From Flavobacteriaceae bacterium (GTDB lineage Bacteria; Bacteroidota; Bacteroidia; Flavobacteriales; Flavobacteriaceae): 64,000 nt of DNA. This document shows, piece by piece, positions 28,036 to 38,548 of the stretch. Position 1 is the stretch's first letter; every line of letters begins with the position of its first letter. The translations under genes were made by a program, and so were the position numbers. The notes under the pieces were generated by a model. The model searched no databases and was not told the origin of the DNA. It worked only from the letters and a program-made list of their open reading frames with translations. The stretch is from the NCBI GenBank assembly GCA_038134285.1, contig JAYPUW010000005.1, positions 77,672 through 141,671 on the forward strand, read 5' to 3'.

Positions 28036-28049
28036 AGTAAAAACTAGCA

Positions 28050-29471
28050 ATGAGTGCGATTAGTATCTTTGAAATGTTCAGTATCGGAATTGGTCCTTCT
28101 AGCTCACACACCTTAGGACCATGGAGGGCAGCAATGGCCTTTAAAAATCGTCTTCACGCTAAGAAAATAGATATTGCTGCTATCCACTCCCTTACCATTG
28201 AACTTTATGGTTCATTGTCATTAACCGGAAAAGGACATTATACAGACAAGGCCATTTTAATGGGGCTCTCTGGTTATGATTATGTAGAGGCTCTACCAGC
28301 TCAAATCAATGAAACTATTGAAAAAATTAAAGGGACTAAAAAGCTTTATTTGTTTCAGCAAAATTTGATTGATTTCGACATCGAGAGGGATTTAATCTTT
28401 AAGTCAGAATTTCTTGAACACCATCCTAATGCTCTCAAGATTAATATCGCCTTCGGAGACCATCACTATTACGAGGAGATCTATTATTCCTTAGGTGGTG
28501 GATTCATTATTACACACGAGGAACTGTCTCAGCGAATTGAACCAGATTATGCATACCACTTTCCCATTTACAGTGCAAAAGATATTCTCCATCATTGCGA
28601 GGTTGAGAATTTAAGCTTCTCTGAGTTGGTTTTATTTAATGAGTCTAAAAGGTATGGAAACAACTTTGTAGATGAACGTTTATTAATAATCTATGAAGTT
28701 ATGCGTGATTGCGCTTTTAAAGGATGTCATAGTAGTGGCCATTTACCAGGGATTTTGAATGTGAAGCGAAGGGCATTCGACATTCATCATTCCTTAATAA
28801 AGGATTCTATTTACACAAATGCTGAAGAATGGATTACAGCCATCAGAAAAACTAAAATATATTTCAGAGAAATCTTAAAATGGGTAAGCTGCTTTGCACT
28901 CGCGGTAAATGAAGAAAATGCTGCAATGGGAAAAGTTGTTACGGCCCCAACGAACGGAAGCGCCGGTGTTGTGCCAGCAGTACTTCTGTACTACCTAACG
29001 ATTGAAAATCACCGTGCTGGATTTGACGAAATAAAACGCTACCTAGCCGTTGCCGCTGAGATCGGTTCATTATTTAAAAATAACGCCACAATATCTGCTG
29101 CAATGGGTGGATGTCAAGCAGAGATTGGTGTTTCATCGGCCATGGCTGCCGCAGGACTAACTGAACTTATGGGCGGTAGCCCTTATCAGGTCTTAGCGGC
29201 CGCAGAAATTGCCATGGAACATCATCTTGGTCTAACCTGTGACCCCATCGCAGGGCTAGTTCAAATTCCGTGTATAGAGCGCAATTCTATGGGCGCTATA
29301 AAGGCAATAAATGCTTCTGAGCTAGCCCTTTCAACGAAAAGTGAAGATATACGTGTCACATTAGATCAAATTATCGCGACGATGTGGGAAACCGCAAAAG
29401 ACATGAATTCTAAATATAAAGAAACCTCTACTGGTGGACTTGCAATTCAAGTCAACGTTTCAGACTGCTAA
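28050..29471 (+). CDS. sdaA: L-serine ammonia-lyase (iron-sulfur dependent, single-chain form)
   Basis: 473 aa. The N-terminus ([21 protein letters not shown]) and the C-terminal alpha-domain motifs ([34 protein letters not shown]) fit this enzyme. Confidence 0.9.
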   Translation: MSAISIFEMFSIGIGPSSSHTLGPWRAAMAFKNRLHAKKIDIAAIHSLTIELYGSLSLTGKGHYTDKAILMGLSGYDYVEALPAQINETIEKIKGTKKLYLFQQNLIDFDIERDLIFKSEFLEHHPNALKINIAFGDHHYYEEIYYSLGGGFIITHEELSQRIEPDYAYHFPIYSAKDILHHCEVENLSFSELVLFNESKRYGNNFVDERLLIIYEVMRDCAFKGCHSSGHLPGILNVKRRAFDIHHSLIKDSIYTNAEEWITAIRKTKIYFREILKWVSCFALAVNEENAAMGKVVTAPTNGSAGVVPAVLLYYLTIENHRAGFDEIKRYLAVAAEIGSLFKNNATISAAMGGCQAEIGVSSAMAAAGLTELMGGSPYQVLAAAEIAMEHHLGLTCDPIAGLVQIPCIERNSMGAIKAINASELALSTKSEDIRVTLDQIIATMWETAKDMNSKYKETSTGGLAIQVNVSDC

Positions 29472-29522
29472 AGGTTTCTTTTTTCAGACTACCTTTGAAG
29501 ATAGGCTACAGCATTACATCTT

Positions 29523-30341
29523 ATGTCAACAGCAAAGAAAGAATACAAGCGCATCACGGTAAAAACCTTAAGTGAGATGAAGGCGGCAAATGAAAAAATT
29601 GCCATGCTCACCGCTTACGACTTCACTATGGCACAAATGGTGGATAAAGCAGGAGTTGATGTCATTCTAGTAGGAGATTCAGCAAGTAATGTGATCGCTG
29701 GTCACGAAACCACCCTACCGATTACACTTGATCAAATGATCTACCATGCAAGTGCTGTAGTTCGCGGAACTAACCGTGCATTGGTTGTGGTAGACCTTCC
29801 TTTCGGAAGCTACCAGAGTGATTCAAAAGAAGCGCTGCGTTCTGCCATTAGGATCATGAAAGAGAGTGGTGCCCACACTATAAAGCTAGAAGGTGGAACT
29901 GAAAATGGTGATGCGCTCAAAAGAATCCTAGGCGCAGGAATACCTGTTATGGGACATCTAGGACTTACTCCTCAATCCATTTATCAGTTTGGTTCATATA
30001 CCGTTCGCGCCAAAAAAGAAACTGAAGCCCAAAAGCTTAAATCCGACGCCCTTTTTCTTCAAGAACAGGGCTGTTTCGGAATTGTGTTAGAAAAGGTTCC
30101 TGCCGCCTTAGCGAAAACGGTTGCAGAATCGCTTCATATTCCTGTGATTGGAATCGGTGCAGGGTCTAGTGTAGACGGTCAAGTACTGGTACTTCACGAC
30201 ATGTTGGGGATGACTACAGAATTTAGCCCACGCTTCTTAAGACGTTACCTCAATTTAGATGAACAAATAGGAAGAGCGTTAAGCCAATATGTATACGATG
30301 TAAAATCAGTTGAGTTCCCTAACCAAGATGAACAATACTGA
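29523..30341 (+). CDS. panB: 3-methyl-2-oxobutanoate hydroxymethyltransferase
   Basis: 272 aa with motifs MLTAYD, ILVGDS, DLPFGSY, KLEGG and GHLGLTPQS. Confidence 0.93.
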   Translation: MSTAKKEYKRITVKTLSEMKAANEKIAMLTAYDFTMAQMVDKAGVDVILVGDSASNVIAGHETTLPITLDQMIYHASAVVRGTNRALVVVDLPFGSYQSDSKEALRSAIRIMKESGAHTIKLEGGTENGDALKRILGAGIPVMGHLGLTPQSIYQFGSYTVRAKKETEAQKLKSDALFLQEQGCFGIVLEKVPAALAKTVAESLHIPVIGIGAGSSVDGQVLVLHDMLGMTTEFSPRFLRRYLNLDEQIGRALSQYVYDVKSVEFPNQDEQY

Positions 30342-31017
30342 TTTAGAGGTACTCTTTGAGGATAATCATCTTATTGCGGTATACAAACCCTCTGGAGTTT
30401 TAGTTCAAGGAGACAAAACTGGCGACCAAACATTGGCTGACATCGTCAAATCTTACATCGTTGAAAAATACAAGAAGCCTGGGGCAGCCTTTCTAGGGGT
30501 TATTCATCGTATAGACCGACCCACTTCTGGAATTGTGGTATTTGCAAAGACATCAAAGGCCCTTAGTCGAATGAACAAAAGTTTCGCCGAAAGAGAAATT
30601 CACAAAAACTATTGGGCCTTAGTGGAAGGTCATCCTGATCCGATCGAAGCAAATCTTGAACACTATCTTGTGCGTAAGTCCGAAAAAAACAAATCATTTG
30701 TCCATCAAAAACCGGTTCCAAATTCAAAACGCGCTCATCTGACCTACAAAAGTATTCACCGACTCGAGCGTTTTAGTTTATTACAAGTCGAACTGCATAC
30801 CGGAAGGCATCATCAGATTAGGGCGCAACTTTCGGCTATGGGTCACCCTATCAAGGGAGATCTTAAATACGGTGCTAAACGCAGTAACTCAAATGGAAGT
30901 ATTGATCTGGTCGCCCAACATCTAGAATTTCAACATCCGGTTCAAGACGTTAGAGTGGTGCTTACCTTAAAATCCCCTCTACTGTCAATCAAAATAGATG
31001 AACCGTTCGATTCGTAG
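30328..31017 (+). CDS. RluA-family RNA pseudouridine synthase
   Basis: The catalytic motif [16 protein letters not shown] is present, plus [11 protein letters not shown] prefer the ATG at 30328 ([23 protein letters not shown]) over the TTG at 30310 used by the track. Either start overlaps the panB 3' end. Confidence 0.8.
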   Translation: MNNTDLEVLFEDNHLIAVYKPSGVLVQGDKTGDQTLADIVKSYIVEKYKKPGAAFLGVIHRIDRPTSGIVVFAKTSKALSRMNKSFAEREIHKNYWALVEGHPDPIEANLEHYLVRKSEKNKSFVHQKPVPNSKRAHLTYKSIHRLERFSLLQVELHTGRHHQIRAQLSAMGHPIKGDLKYGAKRSNSNGSIDLVAQHLEFQHPVQDVRVVLTLKSPLLSIKIDEPFDS

Positions 31018-31046
31018 TATATTTACGCCCCAAAACGCCATAAACT

Positions 31047-33452
31047 ATGCTTATCTCTGATCAATGGCTGAAAGATTACTTTGACAGCCAATTAGAACCA
31101 AGTGAAAATGCCGCAATTCTAACCGATTTAGGATTAGAAGTAGAAGGCGTTACCACCTACGAGTCAATTAAAGGAGGGCTTGATGGCGTTTTTATTGGCG
31201 AGGTACTTGAATGCGATCAGCATCCAAATGCCGACCGATTAAAGATTACACGCGTTTCTACAGGAAAAGAAACACTTCAAATTATCTGTGGAGCGCCAAA
31301 TGTCGCCAAAGGTCAAAAGGTAGCTGTTGCACTGGTCGGCACCACTATTTATCCTTCGATTGGAGATCCAATAACTTTACAAAAGACAAAGATTAGAGGC
31401 CAATCTAGTGAAGGGATGCTTTGTGCAGAGGACGAATTAGGACTTGGTCAAAGTCACGATGGCATTATGGTCTTGGATTCTGATTTAAAAATAGGTCAAC
31501 CTTTATCCGCCGTATTCGAAAATTATTCTGATACTGTATATGAAATAGGACTAACTCCGAATCGAGCAGATGCTATGAGTCACTATGGTGTTGCTCGAGA
31601 TTTAAGAGCGGGAATTGCGAAAAACAATCAATTGGCAACCTTAAATTCGGTAAGCACCTCAAGCTTCTCTATTGAGAATTACAGTACACCCATAGAAATT
31701 ACCGTACAGTCTAAAGAAAAAGCGCCACGTTATCTCGGCATTGTGGTGAGTAATATCCGTGTAGCACCCTCTCCTGCTTGGTTGCAAAATAGATTAAAAG
31801 CCATTGGTTTAAATCCAATCAACAACGTTGTGGACTGTACCAATTACATCCTCCATGGACTTGGACAACCGCTACACGCCTTTGATTACGATAAAATTGA
31901 AGGGAAAAAGGTGATCGTTCGAACAGCAGAAAAAGGAGAAAAACTAATCACCCTTGATGGTGTAGAACGTGAACTTCATACAGAAGACCTTGTAATTTGT
32001 GACGCTAATAAACCGATGTGCATCGCAGGTGTTTTCGGGGGCTCACACTCTGGAGTCGGTGAAAACACATCTTCTGTTTTAATTGAGAGCGCTTATTTTG
32101 ATCCTGTAAGCATTCGAAAGACCTCAAAAAGACACGGATTGCACACAGATGCTTCATTCAGGTTTGAACGTGGGGTCGACATCAATACCTGTGAAATAGC
32201 CTTGAAGCGTGCTGCCATTATACTTAAAGAAATAGCAGGTGGTACCGTAAGCAGTGATCTTATAGAAAGCTATCCTAAGGAGGCTGAGCCGATCAGTCTT
32301 TTTTTGAATTACGCTACACTTAACCGTATTGCAGGTGCAGCACTCCCTAAAGATCATGTCAAAAATATATTGGTAAATCTTGAATTCAAGATACTCAATG
32401 GGTCAGAGGCGGGTTTAGGCATTGTTGTTCCAACCTACCGTAATGATGTAAATCGTGAAATCGATGTTATCGAAGAGGTTTTACGCGTTTATGGCTACAA
32501 TAATATCCCTGTTCCAGAGAAGTTTAACTACACTCACGCTTCTAGTGCCGAAAATAAGAATCTAAAGTTCCAGAATGAGGTTTCAGAACACCTTGTAGCC
32601 TTAGGCTATGCAGAGACTTTATCTAATAGCCTAACCATAGCAAATAATGATCCTCGAAGTATTTTACTGAAGAATGCGTTGAGTTCTGACCTTGAGTCTT
32701 TACGTACAGAAATGTTTAGTAGCGCATTAAAGACTTTAGCCTATAATGCGAACCGTCAGCAAAAAGACTTGAAGATTTTTGAGTTTGGTAAAGTCTACCA
32801 CCAAGAAGGTAAAAAACGTCATGAATACCAGCAATTACTGATCATGGCAACGGGTCGTAAGCATATTCAACATTGGCTTAGCGGAGACGAACATATCTCA
32901 TTCTACGATCTAAAGAGCATTTGCAATACCCTTCTCAATCGTATAGAAATCACTGATTATTCAGAGTGTAAAATAGGAACACACTCTTTTTTCACAGAAG
33001 GTATTTGCTTTAGTAATAATGAACTTTTACTTGCAGAGATTGGATTGATATCGAAGGAGTATTCCAAATCTTTTGGTCTTACACAAGAGATAGTTTCTAT
33101 CCTCATTCATTGGGATAGTGTGATTCAAAAGGCACACAATAAGGAATTTAAGCTCAAAGAAATTTCAAAGCATCCACAAGTCTACAGAGACTTGGCTCTA
33201 ATTATTGATGAAAATCTGGAATTCGGTCAGCTACTAGAGGCTTGCAAAAAAGCCGAATCTAAGCTATTAAAAGATGTACGTTTGTTCGATGTATACACTG
33301 GTAAAGGTGTTCCTAATAGTAAGAAATCATATGCGATACAACTTCAATTCAACGACCCTAGAAAAACGCTTACCGATAAGGAGATCGACAAATCAGTAAC
33401 AAAAATATTCAAGAAACTAGAAAGTGATTTTGGTGCTGTTTTAAGAAGCTAA
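31047..33452 (+). CDS. pheT: Phenylalanine--tRNA ligase beta subunit
   Basis: 801 aa. The domain order is an N-terminal tRNA-binding (OB) domain (HPNADRL, ICGAPNV), B3/4 and B5 domains, and a C-terminal ferredoxin-fold anticodon-binding domain (DVYTGKGV). Confidence 0.95.
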   Translation: MLISDQWLKDYFDSQLEPSENAAILTDLGLEVEGVTTYESIKGGLDGVFIGEVLECDQHPNADRLKITRVSTGKETLQIICGAPNVAKGQKVAVALVGTTIYPSIGDPITLQKTKIRGQSSEGMLCAEDELGLGQSHDGIMVLDSDLKIGQPLSAVFENYSDTVYEIGLTPNRADAMSHYGVARDLRAGIAKNNQLATLNSVSTSSFSIENYSTPIEITVQSKEKAPRYLGIVVSNIRVAPSPAWLQNRLKAIGLNPINNVVDCTNYILHGLGQPLHAFDYDKIEGKKVIVRTAEKGEKLITLDGVERELHTEDLVICDANKPMCIAGVFGGSHSGVGENTSSVLIESAYFDPVSIRKTSKRHGLHTDASFRFERGVDINTCEIALKRAAIILKEIAGGTVSSDLIESYPKEAEPISLFLNYATLNRIAGAALPKDHVKNILVNLEFKILNGSEAGLGIVVPTYRNDVNREIDVIEEVLRVYGYNNIPVPEKFNYTHASSAENKNLKFQNEVSEHLVALGYAETLSNSLTIANNDPRSILLKNALSSDLESLRTEMFSSALKTLAYNANRQQKDLKIFEFGKVYHQEGKKRHEYQQLLIMATGRKHIQHWLSGDEHISFYDLKSICNTLLNRIEITDYSECKIGTHSFFTEGICFSNNELLLAEIGLISKEYSKSFGLTQEIVSILIHWDSVIQKAHNKEFKLKEISKHPQVYRDLALIIDENLEFGQLLEACKKAESKLLKDVRLFDVYTGKGVPNSKKSYAIQLQFNDPRKTLTDKEIDKSVTKIFKKLESDFGAVLRS

Positions 33453-33510
33453 CCACTTTTACTTTAAATGATTTATTCGTTAATTTTATGGCGCTGTTAA
33501 AGAAAATCTG

Positions 33511-34227
33511 ATGAATCTAAAAGGTCTAAACCTCAGAGAGGAACTTAATGTTGCTCAACAAGAACACGCTTCTTCACTTGAAAAATCTGCCTTAGAATCT
33601 CTTTTTAAGAGTTCTATTTCTTTTACCGATGAAAATCTTGATGAACGCTTAAAAAAACAAAGAGAAGCGAGTAACTCCTTAAATTTTGACCAATTAGACA
33701 CCTCTCGTATTTTCCACATAAGCGCCATCAAACAGGTGGCTACAACCTACCGCTTAAGGTTTTTACCCTTAAAATTCTTTAAGCCAGAACTTCCAAATCT
33801 TGCTAAAGAGGCACTTCTAGAACTCGAAGCCCAACACGGTGTAGAGCTAGAAGGCCTTCAAATCATGGCCCCATCAAAGCTTTTCAAATTAGAAGATAAA
33901 GACGATCCTGTATTATTTGCGCCCATGGGCAATGGATATTATTACCTTGTTGCACATTGGGGAAGCGACTTGCACCCATTGAGAAAGTGGCTAGTATGGC
34001 CCTTTAGAGGACCCGCTCATTTACTGACGCTATTGGCGGCTATCAGTTTTGTACTAACGCTAATCGTTCCTGATGGAATGTTCTCTAAAGAAAATTCAAC
34101 TGCTGAATTCTGGATTCTCTTCTTCTTTTTCTTCAAAGGAGTTGTGGGACTCGCAATCTTTTACGGATTTGCTATGGGAAAAAACTTCAACCCCTTTATT
34201 TGGAATTCAAAGTATTTTAACGCTTAA
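33511..34227 (+). CDS. Hypothetical membrane protein
   Basis: 238 aa. A soluble N-terminal portion is followed by two predicted C-terminal transmembrane helices (LLTLLAAISFVLTLIV, FWILFFFFFKGVVGLAIFYGF). I recognise no motif. Confidence 0.45.
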   Translation: MNLKGLNLREELNVAQQEHASSLEKSALESLFKSSISFTDENLDERLKKQREASNSLNFDQLDTSRIFHISAIKQVATTYRLRFLPLKFFKPELPNLAKEALLELEAQHGVELEGLQIMAPSKLFKLEDKDDPVLFAPMGNGYYYLVAHWGSDLHPLRKWLVWPFRGPAHLLTLLAAISFVLTLIVPDGMFSKENSTAEFWILFFFFFKGVVGLAIFYGFAMGKNFNPFIWNSKYFNA

Positions 34228-34242
34228 TCCTCGTTCAAAAGA

Positions 34243-35862
34243 TTAAGCGTACATCTTTTCACGAAGGGTCTTGATGTCTTTGTTCTCCATATACTCATCG
34301 AAGGTCATATAGCGGTCGATAACCCCATTTGGAGTTAATTCTATAATACGGTTCGCAACTGTATTCACAAATTCATGATCATGGGTAGTTAGCAACACCG
34401 TACTCTTAAATTGCTTCAAGGAATTATTGAATGCCGTAATACTTTCAAGATCTAAGTGATTGGTGGGTTCATCTAAGAGAAGAACATTAGCCCTTTGCAA
34501 CATCATTTTACTGAGCATACATCGCACCTTTTCTCCTCCTGAAAGGATATTGCATTTTTTAAGAGCTTCTTCACCACTAAATAGCATCTTTCCTAAAAAT
34601 CCTCTTAAGTGAACCTCTTCCTTTTCTTCTTTGGTCTTGGCATAGGTACGTAGCCAATCTACAAGACTCATAGGATCAATAAAATAAGACTCGTTATCTG
34701 CTGGCAAATAAGCCTGGGTAGTTGTAATCCCCCATTGCACCTCCCCTTTAACTCCTTTTTGTACCCCTGAAATAATTTGATAGAACGCCGTTGAAGCTCT
34801 GGAATCTTTGGAGATTATAGCAACCTTGTCAGATTTCACAAGATTAAGATCTATTCCTTTAAATAAACATTCGCCCTCTTCAGTATAAGCCTCAAGGCCG
34901 GTGATATTTAAAATCTGATCTCCTGCTTCGCGCTCTTTTTCAAAAATAATTGCCGGATAGCGTCGAGAAGAAGGCTTTATATCGTCAACCTTAAGCTTCT
35001 CGAGCATTTTTTTTCGTGAAGTGGCCTGTTTACTTTTTGCAACGTTAGCACTAAAGCGTTGAATAAACTCTTGCAGCTCTTTAGCCTTTTCTTCTGCTTT
35101 TTTGTTTTGCTGTGCTCTTTGTCTAGCCGCTAGCTGGCTACTCTCATACCAAAAGGTATAGTTACCGCTAAACAGATTGATCTTACCAAAATCAATATCA
35201 GCTACATGTGTACACACCGCGTCTAAAAAGTGTCTGTCGTGAGAAACGACTAACACCGTATTTTCGTAGTTCGCCAGAAAGTCTTCAAGCCAACTGATAG
35301 TCTCATAATCAAGATCGTTGGTAGGCTCATCCATGATCAATACATCCGGATTACCAAATAAAGCTTGCGCTAATAAAATCCTCACCTTAACCTTAGGATC
35401 GATATCAGACATCATTTGATAATGATACTCTTCTCTAATACCCAGATTAGAAAGTAAAGCAGCAGCATCACTTTCAGCATTCCAACCGTTCATCTCCTCA
35501 AATTGAACTTGTAATTCACCGATACGATCAGCATTGGCATCGTTGTAATCCGAATACAAGGCATCCATTTCTTGTTTCACTACGAATAAAGGCTGATTGC
35601 CTCGCAAAACTGTTTCTAAGACTGGAAATTCATCACAGGCGTTATGGTTTTGCTCTAGCACCGACATACGTTTTCCTGGCTCTAGTATAACCTGACCTGA
35701 AGTAGGCTCTATCTTCTTTGAAAGTACCTTCATGAAAGTGGATTTTCCTGCCCCATTAGCGCCAATGATACCATAGCAATTTCCTTGGGTGAAGCTTACG
35801 TTTACTTCATCAAATAAAACGCGCTTTCCGAACTGAATGGAGAGATTAGATACTGATAACAT
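34243..35862 (-). CDS. ABC-F family ATPase (two ABC domains, no membrane domain)
   Basis: 539 aa. Both ABC cassettes are complete: Walker A (GANGAGKST), signature (LSGGEKVR), Walker B (LLLDEPTNHLD), with the same elements in the first cassette. A charged linker (QNKKAEEKAKELQEF) joins them. Confidence 0.85.
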   Translation of the reverse strand: MLSVSNLSIQFGKRVLFDEVNVSFTQGNCYGIIGANGAGKSTFMKVLSKKIEPTSGQVILEPGKRMSVLEQNHNACDEFPVLETVLRGNQPLFVVKQEMDALYSDYNDANADRIGELQVQFEEMNGWNAESDAAALLSNLGIREEYHYQMMSDIDPKVKVRILLAQALFGNPDVLIMDEPTNDLDYETISWLEDFLANYENTVLVVSHDRHFLDAVCTHVADIDFGKINLFSGNYTFWYESSQLAARQRAQQNKKAEEKAKELQEFIQRFSANVAKSKQATSRKKMLEKLKVDDIKPSSRRYPAIIFEKEREAGDQILNITGLEAYTEEGECLFKGIDLNLVKSDKVAIISKDSRASTAFYQIISGVQKGVKGEVQWGITTTQAYLPADNESYFIDPMSLVDWLRTYAKTKEEKEEVHLRGFLGKMLFSGEEALKKCNILSGGEKVRCMLSKMMLQRANVLLLDEPTNHLDLESITAFNNSLKQFKSTVLLTTHDHEFVNTVANRIIELTPNGVIDRYMTFDEYMENKDIKTLREKMYA

Positions 35863-35868
35863 TAAAAC

Positions 35869-36525
35869 CTAACCGTTCAATTTTTTATGATCTGCCAAAA
35901 AGGTCGCAAGTCCCTGATCTGTAAGTGGATGATTCAATAGAGACACCATCGCTGATAATGGGCCTGTCATCACGTCTGCCCCGATATGTGCGCATTCAAT
36001 AATGTGCATAGCATTCCGCACAGAAGCTGCTAATATTTCAGTGTCAAAATCATAGTTGTCATAAATCGAGCGGATGTCTTCAATCAGTTGTAAACCATCA
36101 GAAGAGATATCGTCTAGCCTGCCGATAAATGGCGAAACATAACTAGCACCAGCTTTGGCAGCCAATAAAGCCTGTCCTGAAGAGAAAATGAGAGTGCAAT
36201 TGGTACGAATACCCTTTTTTGAAAAATAAGAAATAGCCTTAAGTCCTTCACGAATAATTGGAACTTTCACCACAATTTGAGGATGCAATTCGGCAAGCTT
36301 CTCTCCCTCTTTAATCATCGTTTCGAAATCGGTACCAATAACCTCAGCCGAGACATCTCCATCTACAATTTCACAAATGGCCTTGTAGTGATTAAGAATA
36401 TTTTGTTCCCCTGCAATTCCTTCCTTGGCCATGAGTGAAGGATTGGTTGTCACCCCATCAATGATTCCTAAATCTTGGGCTTCTTTAATTTGATCTAGAT
36501 TGGCTGTGTCGATAAAAAATTTCAT
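35869..36525 (-). CDS. fsa: Fructose-6-phosphate aldolase / short transaldolase (family 3B)
   Basis: 218 aa with motifs [21 protein letters not shown] and the KVP Schiff-base lysine region. Its start overlaps the SDR stop by 4 nt. Confidence 0.88.
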   Translation of the reverse strand: MKFFIDTANLDQIKEAQDLGIIDGVTTNPSLMAKEGIAGEQNILNHYKAICEIVDGDVSAEVIGTDFETMIKEGEKLAELHPQIVVKVPIIREGLKAISYFSKKGIRTNCTLIFSSGQALLAAKAGASYVSPFIGRLDDISSDGLQLIEDIRSIYDNYDFDTEILAASVRNAMHIIECAHIGADVMTGPLSAMVSLLNHPLTDQGLATFLADHKKLNG

Positions 36526-37343
36526 AGAGGAAGATTATAATGGTTAGCTAACATCTTTTCATACCACCTTTGAGGTAGGATTTTTTTGAGTATTTGAGCA
36601 GATAATTTTTGCAAAGTCGAAGCTACAAAATAGTGAGCTTTTGTATTTCGTTTTTCTAGGATTCCTTCAATAGCTACAGCAACAGCAATCGGAGACGCTG
36701 CCTTGGTAACATGGCCATCAAATTGTTCTAATTGATTCTTATAAATAGAATAATAAGCCGATTCTTCTCTTAAGGGTGTATGGTATCTACCAGCGGCTAT
36801 ATTCGTAGCGAAATCACCAGGTGCAACATTTACGACGTCGATACCGAAAGATTTAACCTCTAATCGAAGTCCTTCTGTTAACATACTAAGGGCCGACTTT
36901 ACTGCTGAGTAATGGGCGCGATAAGGCAATCCCATATATCCTGCGATAGAGGTGATGTTGACGATTAAACCGCTGTTTTGCTCACGCATACCGGGTAGCA
37001 CTTCTTGAATTAAACCAATAACCCCAAAATAATTGAGCTCGAACAGATTCCGGACCTCAGATAAAGGTGTTTCTTCAACCGCGCCTGTCATTCCTTTTCC
37101 CGCATTATTAATCAGCACATCTATTGCGCCTTCTTCTTTTAAAACAGCTTCTACAAGCGATTTTGTACTTTTCTCTTTGGTCGCGTCAAACGTCAACAAC
37201 GTGTAGTTTAAGGTATCAACTACATTTTCAGGATTTCGAGAGGTACCATAGACCTTGTGGCCCTTTGAAGCGAGGTAGGTAGCAATAGACTTTCCTATAC
37301 CAGAAGAAGCGCCCGTAACTAGAATAACTTTTGATGTTTTCAT
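36522..37343 (-). CDS. Short-chain dehydrogenase/reductase (SDR) family oxidoreductase
   Basis: It has the Rossmann motif [13 protein letters not shown], and a YxxxK catalytic motif (YSAVK). I prefer the start at 37343 ([11 protein letters not shown]). The longer track ORF to 37385 would run into the SRP RNA gene. Confidence 0.8.
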   Translation of the reverse strand: MKTSKVILVTGASSGIGKSIATYLASKGHKVYGTSRNPENVVDTLNYTLLTFDATKEKSTKSLVEAVLKEEGAIDVLINNAGKGMTGAVEETPLSEVRNLFELNYFGVIGLIQEVLPGMREQNSGLIVNITSIAGYMGLPYRAHYSAVKSALSMLTEGLRLEVKSFGIDVVNVAPGDFATNIAAGRYHTPLREESAYYSIYKNQLEQFDGHVTKAASPIAVAVAIEGILEKRNTKAHYFVASTLQKLSAQILKKILPQRWYEKMLANHYNLPL

Positions 37344-37349
37344 ACAAAA

Positions 37350-37448
37350 AAAGGCAAGTGACCTACATCGCACCGCTACAACCACATACCCTTGCTGCGT
37401 TCCCGCCCTGGGGGAGTTCTGTAGGAGCTAGTCGTGTAGGCCTTGCCC
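37350..37448 (-). ncRNA. ffs: Signal recognition particle RNA (small bacterial 4.5S type)
   Basis: This is a GC-rich island in an AT-rich spacer. The - strand forms one long hairpin. The closing stem is GGCAAG (37447-37442) / CUUGCC (37358-37353), with inner stems CCUACA/UGUAGG and CUACA/UGUAG. The apex CAGG-GCG-GGAA-CGC-AGCA matches the conserved domain IV core (E. coli CAGG-UCC-GGAA-GGA-AGCA). A U7 tail follows. Confidence 0.75.
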
Positions 37449-37451
37449 GTG

Positions 37452-37459
37452 CAAAGATA
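37452..37459 (-). promoter_or_regulatory. Candidate -7 promoter box (TATCTTTG) for ffs
   Basis: A perfect TAnnTTTG on the - strand ends about 4-6 nt upstream of the first base of the predicted SRP RNA closing stem. Confidence 0.4.
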
Positions 37460-37506
37460 AGGTCTTTTAAATTTGTTACCCGTTCAACTAAACTGTAATT
37501 TTCAGC

Positions 37507-38544
37507 ATGAAATGGATCCTTATATGCCTCTCGGGGATGTTTGCTTTTTTGTCGGCTTGTGAATCAAAAGTTGAGACACCAAAAAACGCAATTGAATTTC
37601 TTGCTAACGATGAATTTCTAAGCCCTTCAGATACGCTTAGGTTTAAGGTACTCGACTCGAGTATCTCGAACTTGAACTTCACCTACCAGGGACAAACCTT
37701 ACCTTCCTCGAATGGCATAATAGTACTCGAAGGCCTGGCCTTAGGAAAAGGAGAACTCATTGTTCGTTATTCTAAAGCTGACACCCCTCAACTTCAAAAA
37801 AAGCCACTCAATCTTTATGCTCAGGATCCTCCAAAGAAATGGAAGGCAGAACTTGTAAACACCTATAGTCACGACACCTCCTTTTATACCCAAGGGCTCG
37901 AATTCATTGGCGACATTCTTTTTGAAAGCACAGGCCAGCGAGGCAAGTCTTTGATCACGAGTTACAATCCGTTCAGCGGCGAAACCTATAAGACCACCGC
38001 TCTAGAGGATAACTATTTCGGTGAGGGGATTACCATTTTAAACAATCGTATTATACAGCTCACTTGGCAGGCCAAAAAAGGATTTATTTACCAGCTTGAT
38101 TCACTCGAGCGCATAGGAGAATTTTCTTACGGAGCTTCTCAAGAAGGATGGGGATTGAGTCATGATGAACAGCACATTTATAAAAGTGACGGTAGCGCGA
38201 CGATCTTCTTGTTAGACCCCATGTCATTAGAAGAAAAAGCCACTAGAACCATCAGTTCAGATAGGGCTTATTTAAAAAATGCGAACGAGCTTGAGATTGT
38301 CAACGATTTTCTATTCGCCAATGTCTATCAAAAAAACAGCATTATGATTATTGAAAAAAATTCTGGTGCGCTAATCGGTGTTTTAGATCTGGGTTTCTTA
38401 GCGGATAAAATCGAAAAGACAACAGATTTTGATCCGCTGAATTCAGTACTAAATGGAATTGCTTATCACCAAGAAAGAGAAACCTTCTTCGTGACCGGTA
38501 AAAACTGGAATCTCTTATTTGAGATGCGCTTTAGCGAAGAGTAA
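37507..38544 (+). CDS. Glutaminyl-peptide cyclotransferase (plant/bacterial beta-propeller type) with an N-terminal extra domain, lipoprotein
   Basis: 345 aa with a lipoprotein signal (FAFLSAC). The C-terminal approx 240 aa carry beta-propeller glutamine cyclotransferase patterns (YSHDTSFYTQGLEF, ESTGQRGKS, YFGEGIT, QLTWQAKKGFIY, EGWGLSHD, LNGIAY). Confidence 0.78.
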   Translation: MKWILICLSGMFAFLSACESKVETPKNAIEFLANDEFLSPSDTLRFKVLDSSISNLNFTYQGQTLPSSNGIIVLEGLALGKGELIVRYSKADTPQLQKKPLNLYAQDPPKKWKAELVNTYSHDTSFYTQGLEFIGDILFESTGQRGKSLITSYNPFSGETYKTTALEDNYFGEGITILNNRIIQLTWQAKKGFIYQLDSLERIGEFSYGASQEGWGLSHDEQHIYKSDGSATIFLLDPMSLEEKATRTISSDRAYLKNANELEIVNDFLFANVYQKNSIMIIEKNSGALIGVLDLGFLADKIEKTTDFDPLNSVLNGIAYHQERETFFVTGKNWNLLFEMRFSEE

Positions 38545-38548
38545 TCGC

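Noticed and set aside
36522-37385. Long version of the SDR ORF starting at 37385
   Set aside because: The extra 14 codons (MVVAVRCRSLAFFC) overlap the 3' arm of the predicted SRP RNA and its U-tail. The Rossmann motif begins right after the internal Met at 37343.
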